From NCBI GenBank assembly GCA_001464965.1, contig LNEJ01000056.1, forward strand, positions 1,186 through 65,185: 64,000 nt of DNA, written 5' to 3'. The notes below the pieces were generated by a model. It had not been told where the DNA came from. It searched no databases and saw only the letters and a program-made list of their open reading frames with translations. The stretch comes from Gammaproteobacteria bacterium Ga0074134. GTDB lineage: Bacteria > Pseudomonadota > Gammaproteobacteria > Ga0077554 > Ga007554. The position numbers and the translations under genes are program-made. Below, piece after piece: positions 32,652 through 43,262 of this stretch; position 1 is the first letter of the stretch, and every line of letters begins with the position of its first letter.

Positions 32652-32675
32652 GTCGGTTTCCTTTGGATCGCGGCC

Positions 32676-34487
32676 TTATTTCTGCACTTGGTATTCGGGC
32701 GACACCACGGTGAGAAAGATGGCGGCATTGACGCGGTTGCGTTTGGCGGTGTTAATCTGAGCCTGGTTGGTGCCGGTGGCGTTGAGTGCGGGAATCGTGA
32801 TGGAGGATACCGCCCCCACGATCTCGCTCCGCAGATCGGCAGGCATGGTGCCGTACATCAGTTTGTCATTGAGCCGGCCCACCAGCGCGTCGGGTTGTTC
32901 GGCCAGCGCGAGCTCTGCGCTGAAGTCGGGTTGCACATCGCGCCGGCTGACGTTGCCGCCGCTCACCGACACGGTGGCCCAGGCGCCGACACCAGAGGCG
33001 ATGTTGTCGCGCATATAGTTCACATAACCGGCGGCGGAGGTTTCTTGCGTGATCTGCATCTCCGGCGCCGCCAGCCCACGGGCGGATGCCTGCGTGCCGG
33101 GCGCCACGTAACCCGGACGCCAGAAGTTGAAGACCGATGGAGAACGCATTGGCGTCTGGCCGAGCGCGGTACCGGCGTTGTCGGTGTTGCCTACACGCCA
33201 CCAGCCGGAATCGGAACTGAACGGGAAGGCGCGCAGAAAAGCCGACAAGCGTAGCATCGGTTCGCGCACCTTGCCTGATGTGGCGGACATCACGCGCGCC
33301 TCGGGATGCATCAGGATGCGCTTGACCACCGCTTTCATATCGCCGCGCACGCCGCTGCCGTTGTCGTTGAACGTGGCGGCCACGGCAGCCACGTAGGCCG
33401 GGCTGGGATTGCTGGTGACCAGGCGCTGGATCAGTTGCTTGCCGATGAACGGACCAACGTTCGGATGCGCGGCCAGGCGATCCAGCGCGGCAGCGAGGCT
33501 GGCATCCGGGTTGCCATACGACTGCGCAGCGAGTGTCGTGCCGAGGAAGTTTTTCTCCTCAGTGCTGTGATACTGCGGATAGCCCAGCATGGATTTGAAG
33601 CTGCGGTCGGGGTCGGACAGGCCATCTACCGAGCCGTTGCTGAAGCAGGCGTTGTCGGGCCAGCTCGGGCAGGTCCAACTGAAGCCGGTGAAGACCTTGG
33701 CCAGCCCGGCGATGTCGGCCTGCCCGTAGGTTTCCAGCGGCTGACCGCCGCTTTGCTTCACCGTGCCGTCGGACTCAAGCTGGTACAGGCCAATCGAGAA
33801 AAGCTGCATGACCTCGCGCGCGTAATTCTCGTCGGGCACGCGGCCGGTGCGTGGATCGGCCTTGCGATTGCGCAGATGCGACAGGTAAACACCCATCATC
33901 GGATGGCGTGAAACACCCTCGAGCAACTGACGGTAGGTGCTCAGACCCTTGTCGGCCAACATATCCATGTAGTCGGCTACCGCGCGCGGATTATTACCGA
34001 CGGTGTCATCCTGCATCGAGATAACGAAGATCTGCGACAACGCGAAAGCCACCCGCTGGCGCAACTGATCTTCGCCGGTGACGGCGGCCTTCCAGAAGCT
34101 GTTGTAGATGCCGTCCTGACCGGCCGAGCGTGTTGCGTCGCTGGCCTTCACCGCCGCGTCCTGAGCTTCCCAGTTGGCGCGATGCGGCGTCACTGGCTTA
34201 GCTAACTGCTCGTCGATCCACGCGCTGTAGCCCACGCTCATTAGGTGGTCGATGTCGGCGTCGGCGGGGCCGAAGGTGGCCTGGGTGAGAAAGTGCGCCG
34301 CCTGCGCGCGGTCGGCGGGTTTCTCGACGACTGACGGGTTGTCGGCGACGGCAGGGTTGTCAGCAACGACAGGGCCGCTCCCGCCCCCACAGGCCGCCAG
34401 CAGCGCCGTGGCGATAAGCACCAGTGTGAGTTTTTTGGCGGCCGTGAGTCTGGAGTTGGTGTGTGCGCGAAAAAGTTGAGCTGGCAT
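32676..34487 (-). CDS. DUF1800 family protein, predicted lipoprotein
   Basis: Lipobox LLAACGG. The N-terminal region ..FLTQATFGPADADIDHLMSVGYSAWIDEQL.. is typical of DUF1800. Canonical DUF1800-DUF1501 pair. Confidence 0.65.
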   Translation of the reverse strand: MPAQLFRAHTNSRLTAAKKLTLVLIATALLAACGGGSGPVVADNPAVADNPSVVEKPADRAQAAHFLTQATFGPADADIDHLMSVGYSAWIDEQLAKPVTPHRANWEAQDAAVKASDATRSAGQDGIYNSFWKAAVTGEDQLRQRVAFALSQIFVISMQDDTVGNNPRAVADYMDMLADKGLSTYRQLLEGVSRHPMMGVYLSHLRNRKADPRTGRVPDENYAREVMQLFSIGLYQLESDGTVKQSGGQPLETYGQADIAGLAKVFTGFSWTCPSWPDNACFSNGSVDGLSDPDRSFKSMLGYPQYHSTEEKNFLGTTLAAQSYGNPDASLAAALDRLAAHPNVGPFIGKQLIQRLVTSNPSPAYVAAVAATFNDNGSGVRGDMKAVVKRILMHPEARVMSATSGKVREPMLRLSAFLRAFPFSSDSGWWRVGNTDNAGTALGQTPMRSPSVFNFWRPGYVAPGTQASARGLAAPEMQITQETSAAGYVNYMRDNIASGVGAWATVSVSGGNVSRRDVQPDFSAELALAEQPDALVGRLNDKLMYGTMPADLRSEIVGAVSSITIPALNATGTNQAQINTAKRNRVNAAIFLTVVSPEYQVQK

Positions 34488-34739
34488 GACTGGCTTCTGG
34501 TAAAAATGCTACATCATATAGGATCTTAAACGTATTGTGCCGATCATCCTGAAAACTTCAGTGAACAGGTTCTCAAGGCGGCGCAGATTCTGTGCATTAG
34601 GCATTCGCAGCAGGTTCCAACTGCCGTTTTTAGTTCAGTCCATCCGGGCTTGTTCGTATTTGCGGTATGGGTGAGGATGGTATTATTAGTTGCGGCCGCT
34701 CTTGTGTACAAGCGCATGCAGCGTCGCGCCACAACCCAC

Positions 34740-36371
34740 ATGAGTCCGGAGGCAGAACCGCCCATGAATGCCCTGCCGCACCACAGCCAGGACATCCCCT
34801 TGATCCGCTCGTTACAAAACTCCACGCTGTATGGCCATCCGGCACAATGTTTCGAAGTCATCGAAACGCACATCTCCTGGGTAATTCTGACCGGCCCCTA
34901 TGCCTACAAGATTAAAAAGCCGTTAGACCTGGGTTTCCTCGACTTCTCCACTCTGGAAAAACGCCGCCACTACTGTGAAGAGGAGCTGCGCCTCAACCGG
35001 CGCCTCGCACCGCAGCTTTATATCGGGGTTATCGCTATCACGGGCAGCCCTGCTGATCCCGCATTAAATGGCGCAGGCACACCCATAGAGTATGCAGTCA
35101 AAATGGTGCAGTTCCCGCAAGAGGCGCAGCTCGACCGTGTCATGGCGCGTGACGGGCTCCGGCCCGCCCATATCGACAGCCTTGCGCAACTCATCGCCGG
35201 ATTTCATCAACGCATTGCCATTGCCGGACAAGACACCCCTTACGGCAGCCCCGCGAATGTCTATCAGCCGGTGGAGGAAAATTTCTTACATATACGGCCG
35301 CATCTCACCGAACCCGCCGGCATCGAACAACTCGAACGCCTGCACACCTGGAGCGAGACCGAAACTACCCGCCTCCTGCCTTTTTTGCAGCAGCGCAAGG
35401 TGGACGGCTTTATCCGCGAATGCCACGGCGACATGCACCTGGCCAACATGGCATTGCTGGATGATCAGATCACTATATTCGATTGTCTGGAATTCAATGA
35501 AAACCTGCGCTGGATCGACGTGATGAGCGAGGCGGCCTTTCTGATGATGGACCTCGACAGCCGCGGCGCAAGCGCGCTGGGGTGGCGTTTCCTCAATGCC
35601 TATCTCACCGCTGGCGGCGATTACCAGGGGTTGCGCCTGCTGCGCTATTATCTGGTTTACCGCGCCTTGGTGCGCGCCAAGGTGGCGTGCATCCGGCTCG
35701 GACAAGCCAGCCTGAGCGAAGAGGAAAGACGCGCCGCCCATCTGCAATACCAGCGCTACGCTGGTTTAGCCGAAAGCTACACGCAACCCCGTGCGACGCC
35801 GCTCATCATCACTCACGGCCTTTCCGGCTCAGGCAAGACCACCCATACCCAGTTGCTGCTCGAAACATTGGGCGCCATCCGCGTGCGCTCCGATGTAGAG
35901 CGCAAACGCCTGTTTGGCCTCAACCCGGAAGCGCGCACAGTCTCAGGCATCGGCACCGGCCTGTACACCGCCGATACCAGCCGCCGCACCTATCAACACC
36001 TCGCCGGCCTGGCGCGCACCACCATCGAGTCCGGCTATCCGGTAATTATCGATGCCGCCTTTCTCAAACGCGCGCAACGCGATATGTTCCACGACCTCGC
36101 CGCGTGCATGGGCGCACCCTTCGTAATCCTCAACTACCAAGCGCCCGAAGCCGTGCTGCGCGCGCGCATCAGCCAACGGGGACAAGAAGGCCATGATGCA
36201 TCAGAGGCGGATATCAAGGTGCTGGAGCACCAGCTCATCACTTTCGAACCCATTACGCCGGAGGAATCGGCCCACATACTGGACATTGACAGCCAACAAC
36301 CACCCGCGCCGGAAAAAATCCGGGAGTTTATTGAAATTACGGGTAAAATTAAGACACTGAGAACCGTATAA
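34740..36371 (+). CDS. Bifunctional aminoglycoside-phosphotransferase-like kinase plus P-loop (AAA_33-type) kinase domain protein
   Basis: The N-terminal ~330 aa are APH/choline-kinase-like (HGDMHLANM, D-loop). The C-terminal ~180 aa have Walker A GLSGSGKTT. The start is chosen at MSPEA and is uncertain by ~90 nt. Confidence 0.6.
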   Translation: MSPEAEPPMNALPHHSQDIPLIRSLQNSTLYGHPAQCFEVIETHISWVILTGPYAYKIKKPLDLGFLDFSTLEKRRHYCEEELRLNRRLAPQLYIGVIAITGSPADPALNGAGTPIEYAVKMVQFPQEAQLDRVMARDGLRPAHIDSLAQLIAGFHQRIAIAGQDTPYGSPANVYQPVEENFLHIRPHLTEPAGIEQLERLHTWSETETTRLLPFLQQRKVDGFIRECHGDMHLANMALLDDQITIFDCLEFNENLRWIDVMSEAAFLMMDLDSRGASALGWRFLNAYLTAGGDYQGLRLLRYYLVYRALVRAKVACIRLGQASLSEEERRAAHLQYQRYAGLAESYTQPRATPLIITHGLSGSGKTTHTQLLLETLGAIRVRSDVERKRLFGLNPEARTVSGIGTGLYTADTSRRTYQHLAGLARTTIESGYPVIIDAAFLKRAQRDMFHDLAACMGAPFVILNYQAPEAVLRARISQRGQEGHDASEADIKVLEHQLITFEPITPEESAHILDIDSQQPPAPEKIREFIEITGKIKTLRTV

Positions 36372-36440
36372 AACCCTCATCCTTGTCATCGCATTATGTC
36401 GCAAGTACTATGACATCTTTTGCAGTCGCGGAGATCTCCC

Positions 36441-37316
36441 ATGTTTCACGGCAGTATGGTGGCCCTGGTCACCCCCATGCACGCGGACGGCTCGCTGGAT
36501 CACGACAGCTTGGCCAGTCTCATCGAATTTCACGTCGAGAACGGTACTGACGCCATCGTCGCGGTCGGTACGACGGGCGAATCAGCCACGCTCGATATGA
36601 AAGAACATGCTGACCTGCTGCGCGAGGTGATTGAGCGGGTGCGCGGGCGCATACCCGTGATCGCCGGCACCGGCGCTAATTGCACCCGCGAGGCCATCGA
36701 ACTGACACGTTGCGCAATGGAGGCGGGGGCCGATGCCTGCCTGCTGGTGACGCCCTATTACAATAAGCCTACCCAAGAGGGGCTTTATCTGCACCACAAG
36801 GCGATTGCCAATGCCGTGCCCATCCCGCAAATACTCTATAATGTGCCAGGACGCACCGCATGTGACATGCTGCCGGAGACGGTGGAGCGCCTCTCCTCGA
36901 TCTCCAACATAGTCGGCATCAAGGAAGCCACTGGTAATCTGGAGCGCGGCCGGGAGATTCTCGAGCGCTGCGGCGACCGCCTTGACCTGTACTCGGGCGA
37001 TGACGCCACCGCCATGGAGTTGATGCTCATGGGAGCCAAGGGCGACATCTCGGTAACAGCCAACGTAGCGCCCAGAGCCATGCACGAAATGTGCGCCGCC
37101 GCGCTACGGGGCGACCGTGAAGAGGCGCACGCCATCAACCGCCGCCTCATGCTCCTGCACCGGGATTTGTTCGTGGAGTCCAACCCCATTCCTGTGAAAT
37201 GGGCATTATATGAAATGGGATTGATACCACCCGGTATCCGTCTGCCATTGACTGTGCTCTCGGAACGCCACCACAACACCGTCAGGGCCGCCTTGCGCGA
37301 GGCTGGCGTGTTATAA
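36441..37316 (+). CDS. dapA: 4-hydroxy-tetrahydrodipicolinate synthase
   Basis: [13 protein letters not shown].., GTTGES motif and the catalytic Lys region. Conserved dapA-bamC pair. Confidence 0.9.
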   Translation: MFHGSMVALVTPMHADGSLDHDSLASLIEFHVENGTDAIVAVGTTGESATLDMKEHADLLREVIERVRGRIPVIAGTGANCTREAIELTRCAMEAGADACLLVTPYYNKPTQEGLYLHHKAIANAVPIPQILYNVPGRTACDMLPETVERLSSISNIVGIKEATGNLERGREILERCGDRLDLYSGDDATAMELMLMGAKGDISVTANVAPRAMHEMCAAALRGDREEAHAINRRLMLLHRDLFVESNPIPVKWALYEMGLIPPGIRLPLTVLSERHHNTVRAALREAGVL

Positions 37317-37449
37317 TTCCAAAAATGGCAGCAGGCTCCAGCTGCCATTTTTAGGATAATTTAACGGTGTCAGGAATCAGCAAGGGGTGAAGCGTTGCGC
37401 TCCCTCGGCAGTTTCCGGCACAACAAACATCACAGGATTGCCAAAAAAT

Positions 37450-38583
37450 ATGCTGTTCATCCGTCGTGTGCTCAGGGCAAGCGCAATTACATCGTGTATC
37501 GTGGCAATTTCCGCGTGCAGCATGGTTGCCAGCAAAGAAACTGAATATAAAAAGAGCGCGTCGCTACCTTCACTGGAAATTCCACCGGATCTTATTGCTC
37601 CAGCGATAGATGACAACGCCATCATTCCAGGCCGCGCATCGGGCAACATAGCGGCTCCCATCGCGCCTGCGCCACCCGCCAGCGCCCCCGCCACGACGCC
37701 CCAAGAAATGCAGGCGGACAAGCCGCTCGCGCCATTGCCGGAAAATATCCGCGTCGAGCGTGACGGCGGCCTGCGCTGGCTGGTCATCAATAAAGATCCT
37801 GCCCAGCTATGGCCAAAAATTCGCGGCTTCTTGACGGAAAACGGTTTTGCCGTAACGAAAGAAGAGCCACGCCTGGGTATCCTGGACACCGACTGGGTGG
37901 AAAACCGCCCCGGTGCCGGAAAAGGCGGACCAAGCTCCTTCTTGCGCAAATCGTTTGAGCTTCTGCATTCTTCGTCCACGCGCGACACGTTCCGCGTGCG
38001 TCTGGAATCCGGCATGACACCCGGCACCACCGAACTCTACCTCGCCCACCGAGGCATGGCGCAGGTCGCACAGGGCGATTCGATTAATTGGCGGCCCCGC
38101 CCCTCCGAGCCTGAATTAGAGGCCGAGATGCTCAAGCGCCTGGCACTGTATTTGGGTACGGATGAAACCAAAGCCACAGAGATCAAAAACGAGCTGACCG
38201 GCCAACCCGCGCCGCGCGCCACCCTGGCCAACGATGCGCAAGGCCAGCTCATATTGACCCTGCAAGAGGATTACGCCAACGCCTGGCGCCGTACCGGCCA
38301 GGCACTCGATCATATGGGCCTTAAAGTGGAAGACCAGGACCGTGCCAAAGGCATCTATCAGGTGAATTTCAGTGGCAGTATTGCCCAGAACGAAGAAAAA
38401 CGGGGATTCCTCTCCAAGCTATTCTCCCCGGACGACAAAAAAACGGGCACCTCATATCAGCTCAACCTGGCAAGCCAGGGAGACAAGGAAACGCGCATTA
38501 TCGCGCTGGACATGGCAGGTGGCCACGACAACTCGCCCATGGCACAGCGCCTTCTGACGCTGCTGCATGAACAACTGAAATAA
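37450..38583 (+). CDS. bamC: Outer-membrane protein assembly factor BamC (NlpB) lipoprotein
   Basis: Lipobox IVAISAC. An internal segment ..LWPKIRGFLTENGFAVTKEEPRLGILDTDWVENR.. aligns with E. coli NlpB. Lies downstream of dapA. Confidence 0.7.
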   Translation: MLFIRRVLRASAITSCIVAISACSMVASKETEYKKSASLPSLEIPPDLIAPAIDDNAIIPGRASGNIAAPIAPAPPASAPATTPQEMQADKPLAPLPENIRVERDGGLRWLVINKDPAQLWPKIRGFLTENGFAVTKEEPRLGILDTDWVENRPGAGKGGPSSFLRKSFELLHSSSTRDTFRVRLESGMTPGTTELYLAHRGMAQVAQGDSINWRPRPSEPELEAEMLKRLALYLGTDETKATEIKNELTGQPAPRATLANDAQGQLILTLQEDYANAWRRTGQALDHMGLKVEDQDRAKGIYQVNFSGSIAQNEEKRGFLSKLFSPDDKKTGTSYQLNLASQGDKETRIIALDMAGGHDNSPMAQRLLTLLHEQLK

Positions 38584-38635
38584 CGCCAATGTACCCTGAA
38601 GGGCACAGCGTACTCATGAAAGGCGCGATGCTCCC

Positions 38636-39406
38636 ATGAGCGCCATGCGTTTCGCATCCATCGGCAGCGGCAGCCAGGGCAACGGCGCCCTGGTGGAAAA
38701 GGGTGGCACGTGCATCCTTGTTGACTGTGGTTTTTCCGTCGCGGAAACAGAGCAGCGCCTGGCACGGCTAGGCAGACGGCCTGAAAACATCACCGCCATA
38801 GTGATCACCCACGAACACGGTGATCATGTGAGTGGCGCGGGCCCTTTGGTCAAAAAATACGGATTGCCGGTATGGGCCACCGCTGGTACCGCTCAACACC
38901 GGTGGCTGCGTAACCTACCGGGACTGCGCCGTTTCAGTAGCCATAAACCCTTTGAAATCGGCGACCTGCAGGTGCAACCCTTTCCCGTGCCGCATGACGC
39001 GCGCGAGCCTACGCACTTCGTCTTTAGCGACGGCGCGCGCCGTCTTGGCATGTTGACGGATATCGGCCGCAGCATGCCGCATATCGAGCAGCACCTGACG
39101 GGCTGTGACGCGCTGATGCTGGAAAGCAATTACGACATTGACATGCTTGCGAACGGCGAATACTCAAAAAAACTGAAGCAGCGCGTCGGCGGCCCCTATG
39201 GGCATCTGAGCAATATACAAGCCGCGGAACTGCTGGAACAACTGGATTGCTCGCGGCTGCAACACCTCGTGGCGGCGCATCTGAGCGCAAAAAACAATAC
39301 GCCAGATCTGGCGCGCGCGGCACTCTCAAGGGCTATGGGTTGCGAGCCGGACTGGATAGCCATCGCAGAACAGGACAGCGGCCTGGCGTGGCGTGATATT
39401 TTGTGA
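38636..39406 (+). CDS. MBL-fold metallo-hydrolase
   Basis: HxHxDH motif in [11 protein letters not shown] and downstream His/Asp ligands. 256 aa. Confidence 0.7.
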   Translation: MSAMRFASIGSGSQGNGALVEKGGTCILVDCGFSVAETEQRLARLGRRPENITAIVITHEHGDHVSGAGPLVKKYGLPVWATAGTAQHRWLRNLPGLRRFSSHKPFEIGDLQVQPFPVPHDAREPTHFVFSDGARRLGMLTDIGRSMPHIEQHLTGCDALMLESNYDIDMLANGEYSKKLKQRVGGPYGHLSNIQAAELLEQLDCSRLQHLVAAHLSAKNNTPDLARAALSRAMGCEPDWIAIAEQDSGLAWRDIL

Positions 39407-39447
39407 ATTCCAAAAATAGTATCTTTTCAAATTTACGAGAACATGCA

Positions 39448-40173
39448 ATGCAAAAACTAGCTGAACTCTATTCCGGCAAGGCCAAAACAGTTTACGCCAC
39501 CGATGACGCGGACCGGGTGATTATGCACTTTCGTGATGACACATCCGCTTTTGACGGACAGAAGATCGTCCAACTGGCGCGCAAGGGCATTGTCAATAAC
39601 AAATTCAATGCCTTTATCATGGGAAAATTGGCGGAAGCGGGTGTGCCCACGCATTTCGATTGCCTCCTGTCCGACAATGAATCCCTGGTTAAGAAACTGG
39701 AGATGATTCCCATCGAATGCGTTGTGCGCAACATCGCCGCAGGGAGCCTTTGCAGACGGCTGGGCATACCCGAAGGCACGGAATTGTCACCGGCAACCCT
39801 CGAATTTTTCCTCAAAAACGATGCCCTGCATGACCCGATGGTAAATGAATACCATATCAGGTCCTTCAACTGGGCAACGGACGCGGAAGTCGCGCGCATG
39901 AAAGACCTCACCTTCCGCGCCAATTATGTCCTCAAAACCATCTTTCTGGAGGCGGATATCCTGCTGGTGGACTACAAGCTGGAGTTCGGCCGTTTCCATG
40001 GTGAGGTAGTGCTAGGCGACGAATTCAGCCCCGACGGCTGCCGCCTGTGGGACGCCGCAACACGTAAAAAGCTCGACAAGGACCGCTTCCGCCAGGATTT
40101 GGGTAATGTCATCGAAGCCTACGAAGAAGTCGCCCGGCGGCTGGGCGTGGATTTGACATCCTCGTCCCCATGA
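39448..40173 (+). CDS. purC: Phosphoribosylaminoimidazole-succinocarboxamide synthase
   Basis: Starts [16 protein letters not shown].. and is collinear with E. coli PurC (~240 aa). Confidence 0.9.
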   Translation: MQKLAELYSGKAKTVYATDDADRVIMHFRDDTSAFDGQKIVQLARKGIVNNKFNAFIMGKLAEAGVPTHFDCLLSDNESLVKKLEMIPIECVVRNIAAGSLCRRLGIPEGTELSPATLEFFLKNDALHDPMVNEYHIRSFNWATDAEVARMKDLTFRANYVLKTIFLEADILLVDYKLEFGRFHGEVVLGDEFSPDGCRLWDAATRKKLDKDRFRQDLGNVIEAYEEVARRLGVDLTSSSP

Positions 40174-40195
40174 TGCCGCCCCACCTTTCACAACA

Positions 40196-41473
40196 TCAAA
40201 ACTGCACGTCTGCCATCAGCCAGAACTTGTCGATGTCTTTGGCCAGGGTTGACGTGTTGCGCGCCACATTGTTTGCATTATCGTCCGCGCTATAGGCGGC
40301 ATATTTGGCGGTAAGCACCAATGACTTATTAATCTTCTTCGCCGCCTGCAGATTCCATTCGGAGCCATAGTCATAACCGAGATTATCGGAAGTATACTTA
40401 CGATAAACAGCCGTCAGGTTGACACCACCGAGAATCGTGCTGGCGCTCAGAAAGGTATCTTTAATCCCATCTCTTGGCGTGGCTAAAAACTTGTCCGCCC
40501 AACCGTTAAAGGCATGCAGCGTGGCCAGTGGCGTAGAAAAACCATAGGTGCCGTCACCGCTCAACACCTCATGGTTCAGCTTGATTTGCACATCACTGAC
40601 ATCGACGCCCGCCATCAGGTTGGTGTAGTAACCGTCCACCGTGCTCGCACCACCCGCGTATTTGCTTTGATTTGCATATTCCGCAGTGTATAAAAATTTC
40701 ACGCCCATCGACTCAGGTTTGTAGCCACCATCAAATCGCAATCCGAGGGTTTTGTTGGATAACGTGCTGGAAATGGGCTGTTCCTTGTCGTAATCCAGGA
40801 AATATCCATAGCCCACGATTGATACCGGTGTAAATCCCTTATAGGCGATGTTCAGCAGTTCACTCGACATATTAAGATTGCCCTGCGTACTGTTCGCCCC
40901 AAAGATACGCCTGACATTCATCACATGCCCATAAAATATCGTCGTGTCCGGCAGTGAATTATTGGTTACCGTAAAGGCGTCAAAGGCTTGAGCATTCTGG
41001 CGCCACTCCACGGTTCCGATGAAACGCTGGTTATCGAGATTGATACCTTGGCGGCCATACTTGAAAGTGGTATCAGGCAATCCTTTATAGCTTAAAAAAG
41101 CCTGCTGCACCTGCGCACCCTCGGGATCAGCAACGATCGGATATTGTGTCCGCCCGTTCACCGTACTGTTATAGTGCTCACTGCCTACCACATGCACATC
41201 CTGAAGCTGAATGAAGCCGGACAAATTCAGGTAATCGCCCGTCATATAGCCTAGCCGCGTGCGCAGCGTCGACGCTCCCGCTTGCTCGGTCTTCGTCGCA
41301 TCATCCACCCATTCATAGCGATAACGGAGTTGCCCGGAAACCTTACCGCTGCTTAGCGCCTCGACCAGCGTATCCGCGGCATAGGCCACCGGCATGGATG
41401 CTGCCATACCCCCAACCGCCAGAACGGTGAAAAGGGAAGGATTAAGCAGTGTGCTATAAATACTTTTTTTCAT
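40196..41473 (-). CDS. Outer-membrane beta-barrel porin (alginate-export/OprD-like) encoded at the end of the nrt-like operon
   Basis: Signal peptide ..ASMPVAYA. 425 aa of alternating beta-strand pattern with a C-terminal ..ADVQF. Directly follows the ABC transporter on the same strand. Confidence 0.5.
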   Translation of the reverse strand: MKKSIYSTLLNPSLFTVLAVGGMAASMPVAYAADTLVEALSSGKVSGQLRYRYEWVDDATKTEQAGASTLRTRLGYMTGDYLNLSGFIQLQDVHVVGSEHYNSTVNGRTQYPIVADPEGAQVQQAFLSYKGLPDTTFKYGRQGINLDNQRFIGTVEWRQNAQAFDAFTVTNNSLPDTTIFYGHVMNVRRIFGANSTQGNLNMSSELLNIAYKGFTPVSIVGYGYFLDYDKEQPISSTLSNKTLGLRFDGGYKPESMGVKFLYTAEYANQSKYAGGASTVDGYYTNLMAGVDVSDVQIKLNHEVLSGDGTYGFSTPLATLHAFNGWADKFLATPRDGIKDTFLSASTILGGVNLTAVYRKYTSDNLGYDYGSEWNLQAAKKINKSLVLTAKYAAYSADDNANNVARNTSTLAKDIDKFWLMADVQF

Positions 41474-41514
41474 GTTTCATACCCCTGGTTATAATCAATA
41501 ATTCAAAAAATAAT

Positions 41515-42306
41515 TTAGGCCGCTTCTTTTTTGTGCCGCGCGTACAAGAATTTCAATACCTCACCGCGCAGATGGACGTAACGCGCATCCTCGGCCAATG
41601 CCAGGCGATCACGCGGACGCGGAAGATTGACTTCCAGTACCTCGCCTATCGTTGCCGCCGGACCGTTAGTCATCATGACGATGCGGTCGGACAACAGCAC
41701 GGCCTCGTCCACGTCATGCGTCACCATGATGGCGGTGCTGCCCAATGCCGCGACGATACGCAGCAACTCATCCTGGAGATGGGCGCGCGTAAGGGCATCC
41801 AGCGCGCCAAAAGGCTCATCGAGCAGTAACACCTTGGGCTGCATCGAAAGCGCCCGCGCAATGCCGACACGCTGCTTCATGCCACCCGAGATCTCATGGG
41901 GCAGCTTATACATAGCGTGCCCCAAGCCAACCAACTCCAATGCTTCTTTTGTGCGTTTTTTCAGGCTCGCCTTATCCTCCTTGCGGCCAAACACGCGCTC
42001 CACGGCAAGATGGACATTGTCAAAGCAGGTCAGCCAGGGCAGCAGAGAATGATTTTGAAACACCACTGCACGATCCGGCCCGGGACCTGCAATCTCACGG
42101 CCTGCGCAAAATAAGGCGCCACCGGTAGCATCTATTAACCCCGCCACCAGATTAAGCAATGTTGATTTTCCGCAACCTGAATGCCCAATGATGGAAATGA
42201 ATTCACCCTGATCAATGCCCAAATCGATATCCTTTAGCGCAACAAATTTTCCTTTTTTTGTTTCAAAAACCATTTGCACTTTTTCTACCTGAACATATTT
42301 ATTCAT
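41515..42306 (-). CDS. ABC transporter ATP-binding protein of the NrtD/CmpD/TauB (NitT/TauT) type
   Basis: Walker A GHSGCGKST, signature SGGMKQRVGIARAL and Walker B LLLDEPF. Confidence 0.85.
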   Translation of the reverse strand: MNKYVQVEKVQMVFETKKGKFVALKDIDLGIDQGEFISIIGHSGCGKSTLLNLVAGLIDATGGALFCAGREIAGPGPDRAVVFQNHSLLPWLTCFDNVHLAVERVFGRKEDKASLKKRTKEALELVGLGHAMYKLPHEISGGMKQRVGIARALSMQPKVLLLDEPFGALDALTRAHLQDELLRIVAALGSTAIMVTHDVDEAVLLSDRIVMMTNGPAATIGEVLEVNLPRPRDRLALAEDARYVHLRGEVLKFLYARHKKEAA

Positions 42307-42333
42307 GACGAGGTCACCTAATATTACGAATGA

Positions 42334-43251
42334 TCAATATTCAAACCGTTTTGCCATAAGCAAAAGTGCCTGTTCAAGAAGCAAACCTATGATGCCAACC
42401 ACGAAAATGGCGATAATGATGTGCTCGACATTGAGGTTGTTCCATTCGTCCCACACCCAGAAGCCTATCCCCACGCCGCCGGTCAGCATCTCTGCCGCAA
42501 CTATCACCAGCCAGGCCACGCCTATCGCCAGACGGACACCGGTCATCATGTATGGCAATACCGCCGGGAACAGGATCTTGGTGAAGATCTTCCACTCCGA
42601 CAGGTTCAGCACGCGCGCCACGTTCATGTAATCCTGCGGAACCTTGCTCACGCCCACTGCAGTATTGATGATCATTGGCCAAATGCTGGAGATGAAAATC
42701 ACCCATATTGCAGCCGGCTGCGCTTCCTTGAACACCAGCAGCCCTATAGGCAGCCACGCCAACGGAGATACCGGACGCAGCAAGCTGATAATCGGAGATG
42801 CCATGCCGCTGAAAAAGGCGAAACGCCCGATCATGAAACCCAGTGGAATGCCGATCATGGCCGCCAAGCCAAAGCCCATACCGACACGCTCCAGGGAATT
42901 TAGAATATTCCAGCCGATCCCCTTGTCATTCGGACCATTGTCATAGAATGGATCGCTGAACAACTCAACTGCCGAGGCCCAGGTCTTGATAGGGCCAGGG
43001 AGGTTTTCACTACGCTGAGCGATTAACTCCCAGAGCATCACGAACAGCATCAGTCCTATTATCGGCGGCAGAATACGCTTTACAAAAAACTCCAAACTTG
43101 CCTTGATGTTTATTACCCTGGATTTACGCTCTGAGCCAACAGGTTTATCCGCAGCCACAGGTTCATGTATTGCCTTATGCACCACAATCTCCTCAGCGGT
43201 GGAAGACAAATCCTCATTTAGTCGCGCCTGCTTGATGCTTACTACAGTCAT
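42334..43251 (-). CDS. ABC transporter permease of the NrtB/CmpB (NitT/TauT) type
   Basis: Six TM helices and a BPD_transp_1 EAA-like loop. Sits between the substrate-binding protein and the ATPase. Confidence 0.8.
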   Translation of the reverse strand: MTVVSIKQARLNEDLSSTAEEIVVHKAIHEPVAADKPVGSERKSRVINIKASLEFFVKRILPPIIGLMLFVMLWELIAQRSENLPGPIKTWASAVELFSDPFYDNGPNDKGIGWNILNSLERVGMGFGLAAMIGIPLGFMIGRFAFFSGMASPIISLLRPVSPLAWLPIGLLVFKEAQPAAIWVIFISSIWPMIINTAVGVSKVPQDYMNVARVLNLSEWKIFTKILFPAVLPYMMTGVRLAIGVAWLVIVAAEMLTGGVGIGFWVWDEWNNLNVEHIIIAIFVVGIIGLLLEQALLLMAKRFEY

Positions 43252-43262
43252 GGCGGTCTACC

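Noticed and set aside
34544-34873. 109-aa minus-strand ORF in the DUF1800/kinase intergenic region
   Set aside because: It lies across a divergent promoter region and overlaps the start of the kinase gene. The Cys-rich composition is odd and there is no ribosome-binding site.
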